A stretch of 64,000 nucleotides of DNA from Armatimonadia bacterium (GTDB lineage: Bacteria > Armatimonadota > Zipacnadia > Zipacnadales > UBA11051): NCBI GenBank assembly GCA_039683575.1, contig JBDKRC010000010.1, positions 1 through 64,000 on the forward strand, in the 5' to 3' direction. A model generated the notes under the pieces. That model saw only the letters and a list, made by a program, of their open reading frames with translations. It was not told the DNA's origin and did no database searches. Position 1 is the first letter of the stretch; each line of letters starts with the position of its first letter. The position numbers were made by a program, and so were the translations under genes. Positions 29,175-38,560 of the stretch are shown piece by piece.

Positions 29175-30014
29175 TCAGACCCTGCTGACTAAAGGACCGT
29201 CCTTTAAGACCGGCAGCTGGGACTCGTAGCTTACCCGGTCATTGCGGTAGATGATCCCGATGGGAATCTCGTCGCCCCACATGAAGGCCTTCGCCAGCGC
29301 CGCGGCCCGGTCGAAGGGGTCGTAGCTGTCCTCCAGTGGCCGCACCCGGTCTTTGTACCACTTGTAGGTGTTGAGCTTGTTGAAGGTCACGCAGGGCTGC
29401 AGGATGTCCACCAACGCAAAGCCACCCCTATGCTGCAGAGCTGCCAGCATAACCTGCTCCATGTGGTCTGGCAGGCCCGCAAAGGTCCTCGCCACGAAGG
29501 AGCATTGCTGCGAAATCGCCGCGGCGATCGGGTTGAAGGCGAGGTTGATGACCCCGTAGGACTGCAGCTTGGTCGGTGTGCCGGCGTCCGAGGTGGGGGA
29601 GGCCTGGCCCTTGGTCAGGGCGTAGATCTGGTTATTGTGGACGAAAGCCTTGACCCCAACATTACGGCGCATGGCGTGCAGGAGGTGGTTGCCGCCCTCG
29701 CCATACATGTCTCCGTCGCCGCTGGTGATGATGACCTCAAGCTCGTGGTTGGCGAGCTTGATTGCGGTCGCAGGGGGCACAGCACGGCCGTGGAGGCCGT
29801 TGAAGACGTTTACGGGCTTGGTGACATAGTGCGGTAGCTTGGCCGCCTGGCCGATGCCGGAGACGAGGACGACCTTGCGGCGGTCGAGTCCGGCGGCATC
29901 GAGGGCCTTGTCAAAGGACTTGAGAATCGGGAAGTTGCCGCAGCCGGGGCACCAGGTAGGGTCCACGGGCGGCGTGGAGCGCAGACCCGCGCTCAGGGTT
30001 TGGGTGTCACTCAT
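29175..30014 (-). CDS. 2-oxoacid:ferredoxin oxidoreductase beta subunit
   Basis: WCPGCG, LHGRA, GDGD...EGGNH TPP motif, TKGQASPT, QPCVTFN. Confidence 0.93.
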   Translation of the reverse strand: MSDTQTLSAGLRSTPPVDPTWCPGCGNFPILKSFDKALDAAGLDRRKVVLVSGIGQAAKLPHYVTKPVNVFNGLHGRAVPPATAIKLANHELEVIITSGDGDMYGEGGNHLLHAMRRNVGVKAFVHNNQIYALTKGQASPTSDAGTPTKLQSYGVINLAFNPIAAAISQQCSFVARTFAGLPDHMEQVMLAALQHRGGFALVDILQPCVTFNKLNTYKWYKDRVRPLEDSYDPFDRAAALAKAFMWGDEIPIGIIYRNDRVSYESQLPVLKDGPLVSRV

Positions 30015-31671
30015 GGCCCAGCCTCCTCATAACCTCGCGCGCGGTGAACGGCATTCCATCATAACGCGCCATCAACTCCGCCCCCATAGCCAGCCCCTGC
30101 ATCGCGAGGATGCTGCGGAACTGGCCGGTGGCGTTGCCCTCGACTACCGTGAGGCGATCGCGCCACTGAAGATGGGGTGTGATCTGGTCCGGATTCAGCG
30201 GCCAGACCTGCGAGAAGTGTAGCAGCCCCAGCGACTGGCCACGCTCGGCGAGCAAGTCCACGGCCTCGCGGCAGGCGCCGTAGGTGGAGCCCCAGCAGAT
30301 CAGCAGGTGCTCGGCCTCGGGGGCGCCGTAGTAGGTCGGCGGCAGCGCCTCGGCCACCATCCCCTCCCCCTTGCGCAGACGCTTATCTACCATCTTGACC
30401 CGCACCGACAGGTCCTCGGTCACGTGTCCCTCTTCGTTGTGCTCGTCGGAATCGACCAGAACAAAGGCCTCGCCGCCGGGGATGGCCCGGGGTGAGACGC
30501 CGGATTCGGTGAGGGCGTAGCGCACGTAGTCAGGACCAGCCGTGCGGTCAATCATGAGGTCGATGGGGCGATAGGTTGGGTCGAGTGGCGGGATGTTCCT
30601 GTGCATGTCCACGAGGTACTGGTCCACCAGGACAAAGACGGGGGACTGGTACTTGTGGGCAATCTGCAGGGCCTGACGGGTGCAGTCGTACGCTTCCGGC
30701 AGTCCGCCAGGGGCGAAGATCGCGCGCGGGAACTCGCCGTGACCGGCATGCAGGGCGGGGAAGAGGTCTTCCTGGCCGGTGCGGGTGGGCAGACCGGTCG
30801 CGGGTCCGGGACGCATCGCCAGCAGCACCAGGACCGGCAGTTCGAGCATCCCGGCGAGGGACAGCGCCTCGACCATCAGCGAGAAGCCGCCGCCACTGGT
30901 GGTGGTCATGGCGGGGACCCCGGCGTAGGTGGCTCCGCAGGCCATGTTCATGGCGGCGATTTCATCCTCGGCCTGTTCAACGAGCACGCTGTAGTGCTCG
31001 GTCATGCTCGCCATGTAGTTGAGCACGGCGGTTGAGGGCGACATGGGGTAGGCGGAGACGAACTTGACCCCGCCAGTGCAGGCGCCGAGACCCACCGCGG
31101 AGGCGCCGTCGGCGACATAGTCCGAGCCGTCATTGCCGGGCGGGGCCTTGAGCAGCCCGGACTTGGAGGCCACGAGTTCGGCGCCCTTGCGGGCGCAGGC
31201 CGCGTTCTTTGTGATGATCTCCTCGCCCTTTTGCTTGAACACCGTGCCGAGGTAGTCCACGAGGTGCTGGACGTCATAGCCGAGCAGGCCGAAGACCGCT
31301 CCGGCGGCGACGGCGTTGCCCATGATGGCGTTGCCTGCGACTTTTTTGGCAACGTCGTCAAAATGGATCGTGAGCGTGCCCTCGGCCTCGCCATCGTAGA
31401 TGATGAGCCCCTCGGGCATCATGCTGCCGCGCAGTTCCTGCAGGGCGTTGTCGCTGAGGGCGACGAGGAGATCGGCGTCATCGCGGGGGGCGAAAAGCTC
31501 GTGGTCGCTGATACGGATGTCGTACCAATTGAGGCCGCCGCGGATGCGCGACATGTAGCTTTGGGTGGAGAGGAGATGGAGGCGGATGCTTGCGAAGGCT
31601 TCGACGAGGAGGTCGCCGGCGGTCTGGAGGCCTTGACCGGCCTCGCCTGCGATGCGGATATTGATGTCCAT
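30007..31671 (-). CDS. 2-oxoacid:ferredoxin oxidoreductase alpha subunit (fused gamma domain)
   Basis: GEAGQG, SRIRGG, YPMSPS, QAEDEIAA, TTTSGGGFSLM, RPGPATGLPT. Confidence 0.93.
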   Translation of the reverse strand: MDINIRIAGEAGQGLQTAGDLLVEAFASIRLHLLSTQSYMSRIRGGLNWYDIRISDHELFAPRDDADLLVALSDNALQELRGSMMPEGLIIYDGEAEGTLTIHFDDVAKKVAGNAIMGNAVAAGAVFGLLGYDVQHLVDYLGTVFKQKGEEIITKNAACARKGAELVASKSGLLKAPPGNDGSDYVADGASAVGLGACTGGVKFVSAYPMSPSTAVLNYMASMTEHYSVLVEQAEDEIAAMNMACGATYAGVPAMTTTSGGGFSLMVEALSLAGMLELPVLVLLAMRPGPATGLPTRTGQEDLFPALHAGHGEFPRAIFAPGGLPEAYDCTRQALQIAHKYQSPVFVLVDQYLVDMHRNIPPLDPTYRPIDLMIDRTAGPDYVRYALTESGVSPRAIPGGEAFVLVDSDEHNEEGHVTEDLSVRVKMVDKRLRKGEGMVAEALPPTYYGAPEAEHLLICWGSTYGACREAVDLLAERGQSLGLLHFSQVWPLNPDQITPHLQWRDRLTVVEGNATGQFRSILAMQGLAMGAELMARYDGMPFTAREVMRRLGHE

Positions 31672-31715
31672 GCCAGATCACGTTCCAGTGGTTATTGGAC
31701 AGCCAGGGAAAGGTC

Positions 31716-31849
31716 GGTGGGAGGAGGCGGTGAAGGCGCTCCTCCCACGGTTGGACGGTGTTAACGGCGTGCGGGCAGGGATGCCCGCGCACCTACGGCG
31801 AACGGCTCCGAGCGGGCAGGGATGCCCGCGCTCCACACGGCGAACGGCC
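31716..31849. repeat. REP-like palindromes
   Basis: GTGGGAGGAG...CTCCTCCCAC hairpin plus a GCGGGCAGGGATGCCCGCGC doublet (31771, 31812) matching 333-407. Confidence 0.75.
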
Positions 31850-32011
31850 TCAGGCGACGGGTGAGAAATCGTCTTTGGTGGCTCCGCAGAGCGGGCAGAG
31901 CCAGTCGCCGGGGACGTCGTCCCAGGCGGTACCGGCGGCGACACCGTTATCAGGATCGCCCTCGGCGGGATCGTAAATGTAGCCACACAAGTTGCATTCG
32001 TACTTCTGCAT
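31850..32011 (-). CDS. Rubredoxin
   Basis: [15 protein letters not shown]...DWLCPLCG. Confidence 0.95.
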   Translation of the reverse strand: MQKYECNLCGYIYDPAEGDPDNGVAAGTAWDDVPGDWLCPLCGATKDDFSPVA

Positions 32012-32083
32012 GACAGCCTCCCTCAATCTAACGTGGTTTTCGCGGTTGATGTTCAAATGGTGGGCAGCGAAGTGATCTGCTGC

Positions 32084-32392
32084 CGCCCCTTCGGGGCTCT
32101 ATGGTGAGATGCGTGCTACCAGGGGCTTGCGCCCCTGGCTAGATGCCGGACGGCCCTTCGGGCCTAAGAGACGGCGGAAAGGCAGAGGCCACCAAAACGA
32201 TGGCAAGGCCTTCAATGGATGTGCGGCCCGAAAGCGCGAGACGAGACAGTCAGGTCGAAACGGTCAGGTCGAAACGGTCAGGTCGAAACGGTAAGACGTC
32301 GAAGTCGTAAGGCCCGAAGGGCCGTCCGGCATCTAGCCAGGGCCGCAAGGCCCTGGTTTCCGGCGACCCAACTCCTGAGCCCCGAAGGGGCG
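32084..32392. repeat. REPIN-like inverted element with an internal 3x14-bp tandem repeat
   Basis: Perfect 33-bp IR 32133-32165/32310-32342; 16-bp IR 32084-32099/32377-32392; GTCAGGTCGAAACG x3 at 32249-32290. Confidence 0.8.
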
Positions 32393-32411
32393 ACAGCCTC
32401 GGGTGGCAGGA

Positions 32412-33635
32412 CTACCGGGCTTTGCAGCCGCATTCGCAGTTCGCTTGCAGCTTCTCGCCAATGACCTTGCCTGCCTCGTAGCACTTGGCCAGGTCGGACT
32501 CGTCAGGTACGTATTGCGCCCTGACGGGTTCGGCGGCCATCTCTACCTTCATCTCTTCCAGGGTCTGGGCGATCTGCTTGGTGGCCTCGCCGCTCCAGCC
32601 GTAGGAGCCGAAGCACGTGCCGATTAGGTTCTGTCGCTTGAGGCCCTTGAGGTAGGTCAGCACGTCGGCGACCGTGGGGAAGATGGTGTTGTTCATCGTG
32701 GGTGAGCCGACGAGCAGCGCCCCGGCGTCGAGGAGTTCGGTGGCAACGTCACTGCGGTGGCTGGCGCCGAGGGGCATCAGGCGCACGCAGGCGCCGCCCT
32801 CGAGCAGACCCTCGCCGTAGGCGCGGGCCATGGCGGCCGTGCTCTTCCACATGGTGTCGTAAACGACGACGGCTTTGCGGGAGGGGGCCATGGTAGCCCA
32901 CTTCTCATACAGGCCCAGGATGCGGCCGAGGTCGTTGCGCCAGATGGGGCCGTGGTCGGGGGCGATGGTCTTGATATCGAGATTCATGCCGCCGACGCGT
33001 TCGAGCAGCTTGAGCACGAGCGGCGAGAAGGGCGTGAGAATGTTAGCGTAGTACTTGGCCGCCTCGAATTCCAGCACCCAGTCGTCCACTTCGTCGTCGA
33101 AGCGCTCCGAGGTGGCGAGGTGCATGCCGAAGGCGTCCTGGGCAAAGAGCAACTGGCGCTCGGGGAGATAGCTGAACATGCTGTCGGGCCAGTGCAGCAT
33201 CTTGGTCTCGACGAAGGCGAGGTTCAGGTTGCCGAGGCTGAGGGTCTCGCCGTCCTTGACCGGGATGATCTCCTGGTCGAGCTTGAACTGGCGGGCGAGG
33301 GTTTTGGCGCCGATGGTGGAGGCGAAGACCTTCTCCGGCTGGACGGCGGCGATGGCCTGAGGCAGGCAGCCGCTGTGATCCATCTCCGAATGGTCGGAGA
33401 CGATGTAGTCAATCTTGGCGGGGTCAATGACGGAGGCGATGCGAGCCAGCATCTCGCCGCAGAAGGGCTGTTTGACGGTGTCAATGAGCGTGACCTTGTC
33501 GGCCATGACCAGGAAGGCGTTGTAGGTGGTGCCGCGGCTGGTCAGATAGCCGTGGAAGTCACGGAGGGTCCAGTCAATGGCTCCCACCCAGTAGACATCG
33601 TCAGTTACGCGTATGGCTTTGGTGTCGACAGACAT
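32412..33635 (-). CDS. fprA: Flavodiiron protein (FprA/type A flavoprotein)
   Basis: GTTYNAFL, HSEMDHSG, LHWPDSM, flavodoxin domain GSPT...FGSYGWSG. Confidence 0.93.
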   Translation of the reverse strand: MSVDTKAIRVTDDVYWVGAIDWTLRDFHGYLTSRGTTYNAFLVMADKVTLIDTVKQPFCGEMLARIASVIDPAKIDYIVSDHSEMDHSGCLPQAIAAVQPEKVFASTIGAKTLARQFKLDQEIIPVKDGETLSLGNLNLAFVETKMLHWPDSMFSYLPERQLLFAQDAFGMHLATSERFDDEVDDWVLEFEAAKYYANILTPFSPLVLKLLERVGGMNLDIKTIAPDHGPIWRNDLGRILGLYEKWATMAPSRKAVVVYDTMWKSTAAMARAYGEGLLEGGACVRLMPLGASHRSDVATELLDAGALLVGSPTMNNTIFPTVADVLTYLKGLKRQNLIGTCFGSYGWSGEATKQIAQTLEEMKVEMAAEPVRAQYVPDESDLAKCYEAGKVIGEKLQANCECGCKAR

Positions 33636-33691
33636 GGTGGTCTCCGGAGAGCGAATAGTGAGTAGCGAATGGCGAATAGTAACGGCGGGCT

Positions 33692-33767
33692 GTAGGGCGG
33701 GGGCTTGTACCCCGCCGCCTGGGTGGTTCGTAGATAACGGCCGGCGGGGTACGAGCCCCCGCCCTAC
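33692..33767. repeat. GTAG-type REP doublet (REPIN)
   Basis: GTAGGGCGGGGGCTTGTACCCCGCCG with an inverted copy at 33742-33767 (1 mismatch). Confidence 0.8.
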
Positions 33768-33803
33768 GGTCCGAGCGGGCGGGACGCCCGCAGTATGCGA
33801 TGG

Positions 33804-34340
33804 TTAGGCGGCGCCGCCGCTTAGTGCCGCTGGCATGCCGGCGGCGACGGCGAAGATGCGGGCGGCGAGTTCCTGGTCGAGCATCAGCAGCGCCTGGGGG
33901 TTGTCGCCCACGAGGCGGAGCTTCTGGACGATACCCTCGGCGGTGGCTTCCTCTTCGACCTGCTCGTCAATGAACCACTGCAGGAAACTCGAGGAGGCAT
34001 GGTCACGGGTGTCGAGGGCTATGTCCATGATGCTGCCAATCAGGCTCGTGACCTTCTGCTCGTGGGAGACGACGTTTTCAAAGGCAGCCAGCGGTGTGGG
34101 CCACTCGGTCTGGGGGCCCTCAATGGCCTTGAGGGTGACCTTGTTGCCGCGCTCGATGACGTAATCGTAGAACTTGTACGCGTGCAGGGTCTCTTCCATG
34201 GACTGGATGCGCATCCAGTTGGCGAAGCCCTTGAGGCCCATGGCGTCGAAATGCGCCATCATGGACTGGTACAGGTAGGCGGAGTACAGTTCGGCGTTGA
34301 TCTGCTCGTTGATGGCCTGGTGGATCCGTTCGTTCAACAT
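33804..34340 (-). CDS. ftnA: Non-heme ferritin
   Basis: QINAELYSAYLY, EETLHA, HEQKVT and FLQWFIDEQVEEE ferroxidase motifs. Confidence 0.93.
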   Translation of the reverse strand: MLNERIHQAINEQINAELYSAYLYQSMMAHFDAMGLKGFANWMRIQSMEETLHAYKFYDYVIERGNKVTLKAIEGPQTEWPTPLAAFENVVSHEQKVTSLIGSIMDIALDTRDHASSSFLQWFIDEQVEEEATAEGIVQKLRLVGDNPQALLMLDQELAARIFAVAAGMPAALSGGAA

Positions 34341-34353
34341 TTCACATTACCCC

Positions 34354-34755
34354 TCATTCAGGTTTGGACGACTTGCAGTCGGGACAGAGGCCGAGAAGCT
34401 CGACGCGCTGCCCGATGATTTCATAGTTGGTGGCGCTGGCCAGCGATTGGAGCGGCGGTAGGGTATACTCCCCTTCGACGTCGGCAACCCTGTCACAGTG
34501 CACACAGCGGATGTGGCAATGATCGGCGGCGTTGCCGTCGTAGCGGCGCTGGTGGCCGGAAAGCTCGAGACGCTGGATGACGCCCTGGTCCGAGAGTAGC
34601 TCGAGGTTGCGGTAGACGGTGCCAAGGCTTATGTGCGGCAACTGGCAGCGCACGAGCTGGTAGAGCTCATCGGCAGTCGGATGCGTGCAAATGGCGCAGA
34701 GTTGGTCGAGGATGACATGACGCTGCTTGGTTAGGCGAGTAGATGCTTTGTTCAT
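34354..34755 (-). CDS. Fur/PerR family transcriptional regulator
   Basis: TKQR, HPTADELY, ISLGTVYRNL, HCHIRCVHC, GLCPDC. Confidence 0.93.
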   Translation of the reverse strand: MNKASTRLTKQRHVILDQLCAICTHPTADELYQLVRCQLPHISLGTVYRNLELLSDQGVIQRLELSGHQRRYDGNAADHCHIRCVHCDRVADVEGEYTLPPLQSLASATNYEIIGQRVELLGLCPDCKSSKPE

Positions 34756-34772
34756 AATAGTAACTGTTACGA

Positions 34773-34801
34773 ATTATAGACAGGGCAGGGCAGGTTGTCA
34801 A
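34773..34801 (-). promoter_or_regulatory. Consensus sigma70 promoter of the fur cluster
   Basis: Minus strand TTGACA-17 bp-TATAAT; AT-rich palindrome GTAAC-T-GTTAC between the -10 element and the ATG. Confidence 0.85.
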
Positions 34802-34882
34802 GCAGGATTGAGGGCGGTCTTTGGGGGTAGACAGTGGTGTGGAGAGACGATATCGGTGGTGAACGAAATGGCATTATTAGTG

Positions 34883-34911
34883 TTGACAATGCGGGGTCGG
34901 TATGGTAAAGT
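34883..34911 (+). promoter_or_regulatory. Sigma70 promoter of tRNA-Asp
   Basis: TTGACA-17 bp-TAAAGT. Confidence 0.7.
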
Positions 34912-34958
34912 AATCCACGCTCGCAGGCTATGGCGAGCATTGTTATTTTCCCCGTCTT

Positions 34959-35036
34959 GGGGCTGTAGCTCAGTCGGTTTAGAGTGCCACCCTGTCAAGG
35001 TGGAAGTCGCGGGTTCGAGCCCCGTCAGCCCCGCCA
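34959..35036 (+). tRNA. tRNA-Asp (GTC)
   Basis: Cloverleaf; anticodon arm CCACC-CTGTCAA-GGTGG; GGTTCGAGCC T-arm; CCA end. Confidence 0.97.
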
Positions 35037-36482
35037 TATGCTACGCACAGGCCCTTCTGCCAACCAGCAGAAGGGCTTTTTGTATGTGGCTGTTAGGCTC
35101 ACGCCATCGAAGGATAAGTTCGATTGTAGCAGATTCAGGAGCTGCCTCTTTTCAGTTTGAGGCTGGGTTAGCCATAACGTGTACGCATTCTGGGCCAATC
35201 TGAGAAGCTTCACCCCCGCTTCGTAGTAGACTTGGCTGGCCGACAGATGACTCTCGATGGACGCCTGTGCCTCAAGTTGGCGCGAACGCCATTCGTGGGA
35301 CTTCCGGCGCCATGTCTCTTCCCCAATCGTTCCGTCGAGCTTGTCCTCGTATGCGGCGTCCATGCGATCCTGAAGTCTACGCACTTCCGCCTGAAGCTTC
35401 TTGAGTTGCTCCTCGTGGTAAGTCTTCTCGTCTTGGTGGCTTGCCTTCAGCGCCGACACGATCCAGTCGATGTCCCCGTCGCTGATCTGGACCCGCTTAA
35501 CCACCTCTCCGAGAAGATCCTCGAGCCTGTCCTCGCGGATCGCCGGCTTGGCACAGCCGCCCTTGGAGCCTGTGCAGTGGTAGTAAACGTACTTGCCCTT
35601 ATGAATCTCAGCCGTCACGAGACAGCCACAATGGGCGCATGTGATCGCGCCGGTGTACGCAAAGGTGCGTTTCGCCTCCTGTACCGGATGATTTGTCTTG
35701 TTCAGCGCTTGCTGCGCGCGCTGAAACAGGTCAATCGTCACCAGCGGCTCGTGTGTTCCTTGATAGGTGCGTCCTCCCCATGTGAAGGTGCCGATGTAGA
35801 AAGGGTTTTTCAGAATACGCTCAATGGTACTCTTGCCGGGTACCTTGCCGAACCGGGTCGTGAGCCCTTCGGCTTTCATTCTGTCCGCAGCCTCCGCGAA
35901 GCTGCAGTTTCCAGCGGCGTACCACTCGAACACCTTTCGCACCAGGGGTGCTGTGACGGGATCAGGAGCAATCCCGCGCCTATCGCCATCCTGGATGTTA
36001 ATGTAGCCGATAGGGGCAGAAGACGGCCAAACGCCCTGCGCCGCCTTCTCCCGCATACCCTTGCTGGCTTCTTCGGAAAGGTTGTCCACGTAGTTCTTCG
36101 CCATCAGGACCTTGATTCCGTGCATGAACTTTTCGGTGGACCGGCATTCGTCCGAGAGGACGAAGTTCTCTTTGACGAAGTGAATCTCCAGGTCGAGATC
36201 GTCGAGAGTCACGTAGTCGCGGAGATTACGGTAGAGACGGTCTGTCTTCTCTACCAGCACGGTGCGACAGTTCTTGCGGTTGCGGCGCAGGAACTCGACC
36301 ATCTCGCCGAAAGCGGCTCGCCCGGCCTGTTTTGCGGTCTCTACATCCACGAACTCTTGCTTGATGGAGAAGCTCTCGTCCAGTCCATACTCATGAAGAA
36401 GCTTGAGTTGCGCCGGAATGGAGAACCCCTCGTCAGCTTGCTCTTTGCTGGACACTCGCGCATAGATGACCGCTGATTTCAT
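35025..36482 (-). CDS. Large serine recombinase (integrase)
   Basis: IYARVSS catalytic Ser, DRLYRN, recombinase domain, CAHCG...YYHC zinc ribbon, coiled coil; stop codon falls inside tRNA-Asp. Confidence 0.93.
   Translation of the reverse strand: MKSAVIYARVSSKEQADEGFSIPAQLKLLHEYGLDESFSIKQEFVDVETAKQAGRAAFGEMVEFLRRNRKNCRTVLVEKTDRLYRNLRDYVTLDDLDLEIHFVKENFVLSDECRSTEKFMHGIKVLMAKNYVDNLSEEASKGMREKAAQGVWPSSAPIGYINIQDGDRRGIAPDPVTAPLVRKVFEWYAAGNCSFAEAADRMKAEGLTTRFGKVPGKSTIERILKNPFYIGTFTWGGRTYQGTHEPLVTIDLFQRAQQALNKTNHPVQEAKRTFAYTGAITCAHCGCLVTAEIHKGKYVYYHCTGSKGGCAKPAIREDRLEDLLGEVVKRVQISDGDIDWIVSALKASHQDEKTYHEEQLKKLQAEVRRLQDRMDAAYEDKLDGTIGEETWRRKSHEWRSRQLEAQASIESHLSASQVYYEAGVKLLRLAQNAYTLWLTQPQTEKRQLLNLLQSNLSFDGVSLTATYKKPFCWLAEGPVRSIWRG
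35027..35110 (+). repeat. attL-side copy of the 84-bp direct repeat
   Basis: Matches 55967-56050 with 9 mismatches by eye; last 41 bp identical. Confidence 0.9.
35051..35081 (+). terminator. tRNA-Asp terminator embedded antisense in the integrase CDS
   Basis: GCCCTTCTGC-CAACCA-GCAGAAGGGC followed by TTTTT. Confidence 0.75.
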
Positions 36483-36678
36483 TCTTGACCGTCCTTCAGA
36501 TCGTTCATGCCCTCGCCTGTGCGCCCCGATGTACGCGTTATTCGTCGTCTACTGCACACGCACGGCCCCAGGCATTGCCACCGTCTGCCTCGCCCCGTGT
36601 GGGCGATCCTGGCGCAACTCTGCGGCAGTGTAGCGCCGGTCCGCTATTCTTTGGGGTGATCCTCCGCCCGCCGCCGCT

Positions 36679-37425
36679 TCACATCGCGACGGCGGCCAGC
36701 GCGTTTCCCCGGTGTCCCCCTTCGGGGTTCGCGGTCGGGTCCGTGCGGTCAATCATCCGGGAGATCGTCGTGGTCCTGAACTCGGCGCCGCGCGCCGTCC
36801 GAAGGCCTTCGGCATTGAACAGGTCGGCGATCTCCTGCCAGGTCTTTCCCTGTCGCCGCAGTTTCGTAGCACGCCTCGCCAAGTACCCTACGTTCTCCGC
36901 CGGCCGTCCGAGACGGACCCCCTTCTGCTTGGCTGCCTTCAGGCCGTCGCGGGTCCGCTCCCGGATGCGCTCAAGCTCCACCTCGGCCATCGCCAGGCGG
37001 AAGGGCAGCATCTTGTCAATCTTCTTCCCATCGCGGACCTGCCAGCCCTCGTCGGCGCTCAGCAGGTCTATGCGGCTCTTCACCGCCCAGTCAACGACCT
37101 TCAGCAGGTGAACCATGCTGCGCCCGAGGCGATCCACCTTGGGGAAGATGATTCCCTGTGCCTCGCCGGCCAGGACGCGGGCCTGGACCTCGGCGAGACC
37201 GTCGCGCTCCTTGGCACCGCTTTCGACTTCAGCCACCACGTCAACGAGGGTGAAGCCCTCGCGAATTGCTGCTTCCTGGAGGCGTGTCCGCTGCCCGTCC
37301 ATGGAGTGCCCGTTCGTGCCTTGCTGCGTCGTGCTCACGCGGATGTACCCGATGAGCTTCCCCGCCCCGGTGGCGAGCCGTGCCTGCTGTTCCTTGCTCA
37401 CTTTGGTTCCTCGCGGTCGGGCCAT
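36679..37425 (-). CDS. Small serine recombinase (resolvase/invertase-like) with a short C-terminal DNA-binding domain
   Basis: GYIRVST, ESGAK, DRLGRS, ERIRERTRDGL...GRP. Confidence 0.9.
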   Translation of the reverse strand: MARPRGTKVSKEQQARLATGAGKLIGYIRVSTTQQGTNGHSMDGQRTRLQEAAIREGFTLVDVVAEVESGAKERDGLAEVQARVLAGEAQGIIFPKVDRLGRSMVHLLKVVDWAVKSRIDLLSADEGWQVRDGKKIDKMLPFRLAMAEVELERIRERTRDGLKAAKQKGVRLGRPAENVGYLARRATKLRRQGKTWQEIADLFNAEGLRTARGAEFRTTTISRMIDRTDPTANPEGGHRGNALAAVAM

Positions 37426-37457
37426 TTCGGGTTCCTCCTTGTTTCGTTGACAGGAGG

Positions 37458-37496
37458 AGTATAGCGCATTAAACGAAATCGTTCAATAGCGTTTAA
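37458..37496 (-). promoter_or_regulatory. Promoter of the recombinase pair with an overlapping inverted repeat (possible res/operator site)
   Basis: Minus strand TTGAAC-17 bp-TATACT; TTAAACG (37469) / CGTTTAA (37490) IR. Confidence 0.55.
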
Positions 37497-37535
37497 CGTG
37501 CAAATGGCTCTTTGTTGATTCTGGCCTCGATCTTC

Positions 37536-38192
37536 CTATGGAAGAGCCTTCGGCGTTGCCACTGTTGGCTCCTGCGAGACGCGGCAGGCGTCTTGGGTTG
37601 CTGCCGGCCCGCCAGCGATGTTCACCTGCTTGTCGCCGATATTTACCTGCAGCACGGGAAGAGCCAGCTTGCGCACGGTCGCGAGAGTCTTGACCGCTGA
37701 AAGGAACCGACGATGTGCTCGGTCCTGGCGGCGCTGGTGATGCTCACTCCAGGCAATTCCCAGCTCTTTCATGTTCTGAGCGTAGATTGCATCAGCGTAC
37801 TGCACCTGTAGCCAGCAAGCCACGATCCGTTCGGCCAACAGGCGCTCCAGAGGAGATGTGTCAGGCCCCGCCAGTTCGCTCCTGAGCTTAGACAGGCGCT
37901 GTTCAATCGCTTCGCGAACGTAGATGTTATCTCCGGCATATACCTTGAGCATGGCGTCCTGCACGGCTTTCGCTGCGTCACCCACCGTGTCCCAGAGATT
38001 GGGGAAGTCTATCGTCACCTTCCGGATCATGGGCATCGCAGATTCGTCGCCCTTTTCAGCGCGCTTCAGGAGGGCGAGGAATTCGTCTTGGGCCGTGCTG
38101 GAAGAACCGGCTGGTTTCTTGCCCTCTGAGTTGGCCTTCAAAGCGCTCCTCTTCTCCGTTACATCATTCTTCTGCAGTTTGCTTTGGCGCAC
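37536..38192 (-). CDS. Hypothetical helical protein of the element backbone
   Basis: 218-aa ORF overlapping the upstream gene; SPLERLLAERIVACWL...RRFLSAVKTLATVRK. Confidence 0.7.
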   Translation of the reverse strand: MRQSKLQKNDVTEKRSALKANSEGKKPAGSSSTAQDEFLALLKRAEKGDESAMPMIRKVTIDFPNLWDTVGDAAKAVQDAMLKVYAGDNIYVREAIEQRLSKLRSELAGPDTSPLERLLAERIVACWLQVQYADAIYAQNMKELGIAWSEHHQRRQDRAHRRFLSAVKTLATVRKLALPVLQVNIGDKQVNIAGGPAATQDACRVSQEPTVATPKALP

Positions 38193-38493
38193 GTCTCCGC
38201 CTCCATTCCCCGCGATTGTGCCGGTGATACCCTGCCGCCATCAAAGCTTCACACGCCGCCAGATCACTGAGCTCACACAGTTCTACGACGGACCGGTCCA
38301 GCGCATCGAGGCGGTCACGTTCCTCGCGAAACGCTTCCGCCTCAAGCATGCGCTGCGTGCGCTCCAGGGCATCGAACGCAGCCGCGGCATGTGCGGCCTT
38401 TCCGCCTCCGAGGTACTCGCGAACAACTCGCCCGTTGACCCTGCGGCTCCGGGTGTAGTATCGCCCGCCTCTGCTTCGTCGTTCCCAGGCCAC
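38164..38493 (-). CDS. Small Arg-rich hypothetical protein, likely nucleic-acid binding
   Basis: MAWERRSRGGRYYTRSRRVNGRVVREYLG; RBS AAGGAG upstream. Confidence 0.7.
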   Translation of the reverse strand: MAWERRSRGGRYYTRSRRVNGRVVREYLGGGKAAHAAAAFDALERTQRMLEAEAFREERDRLDALDRSVVELCELSDLAACEALMAAGYHRHNRGEWRRRRAPKQTAEE

Positions 38494-38560
38494 GTGTTGT
38501 GTAACTCCTTTGCATTTGCACCGCTCCGCAATAGCGGCGCGTCGTTGTGAGCTTGCTGGA

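Noticed and set aside
32249-32290. Possible CRISPR array
   Set aside because: 14-bp units are directly adjacent with no spacers; no cas genes
35232-36476. 414-aa plus-strand ORF
   Set aside because: Antisense to the serine integrase
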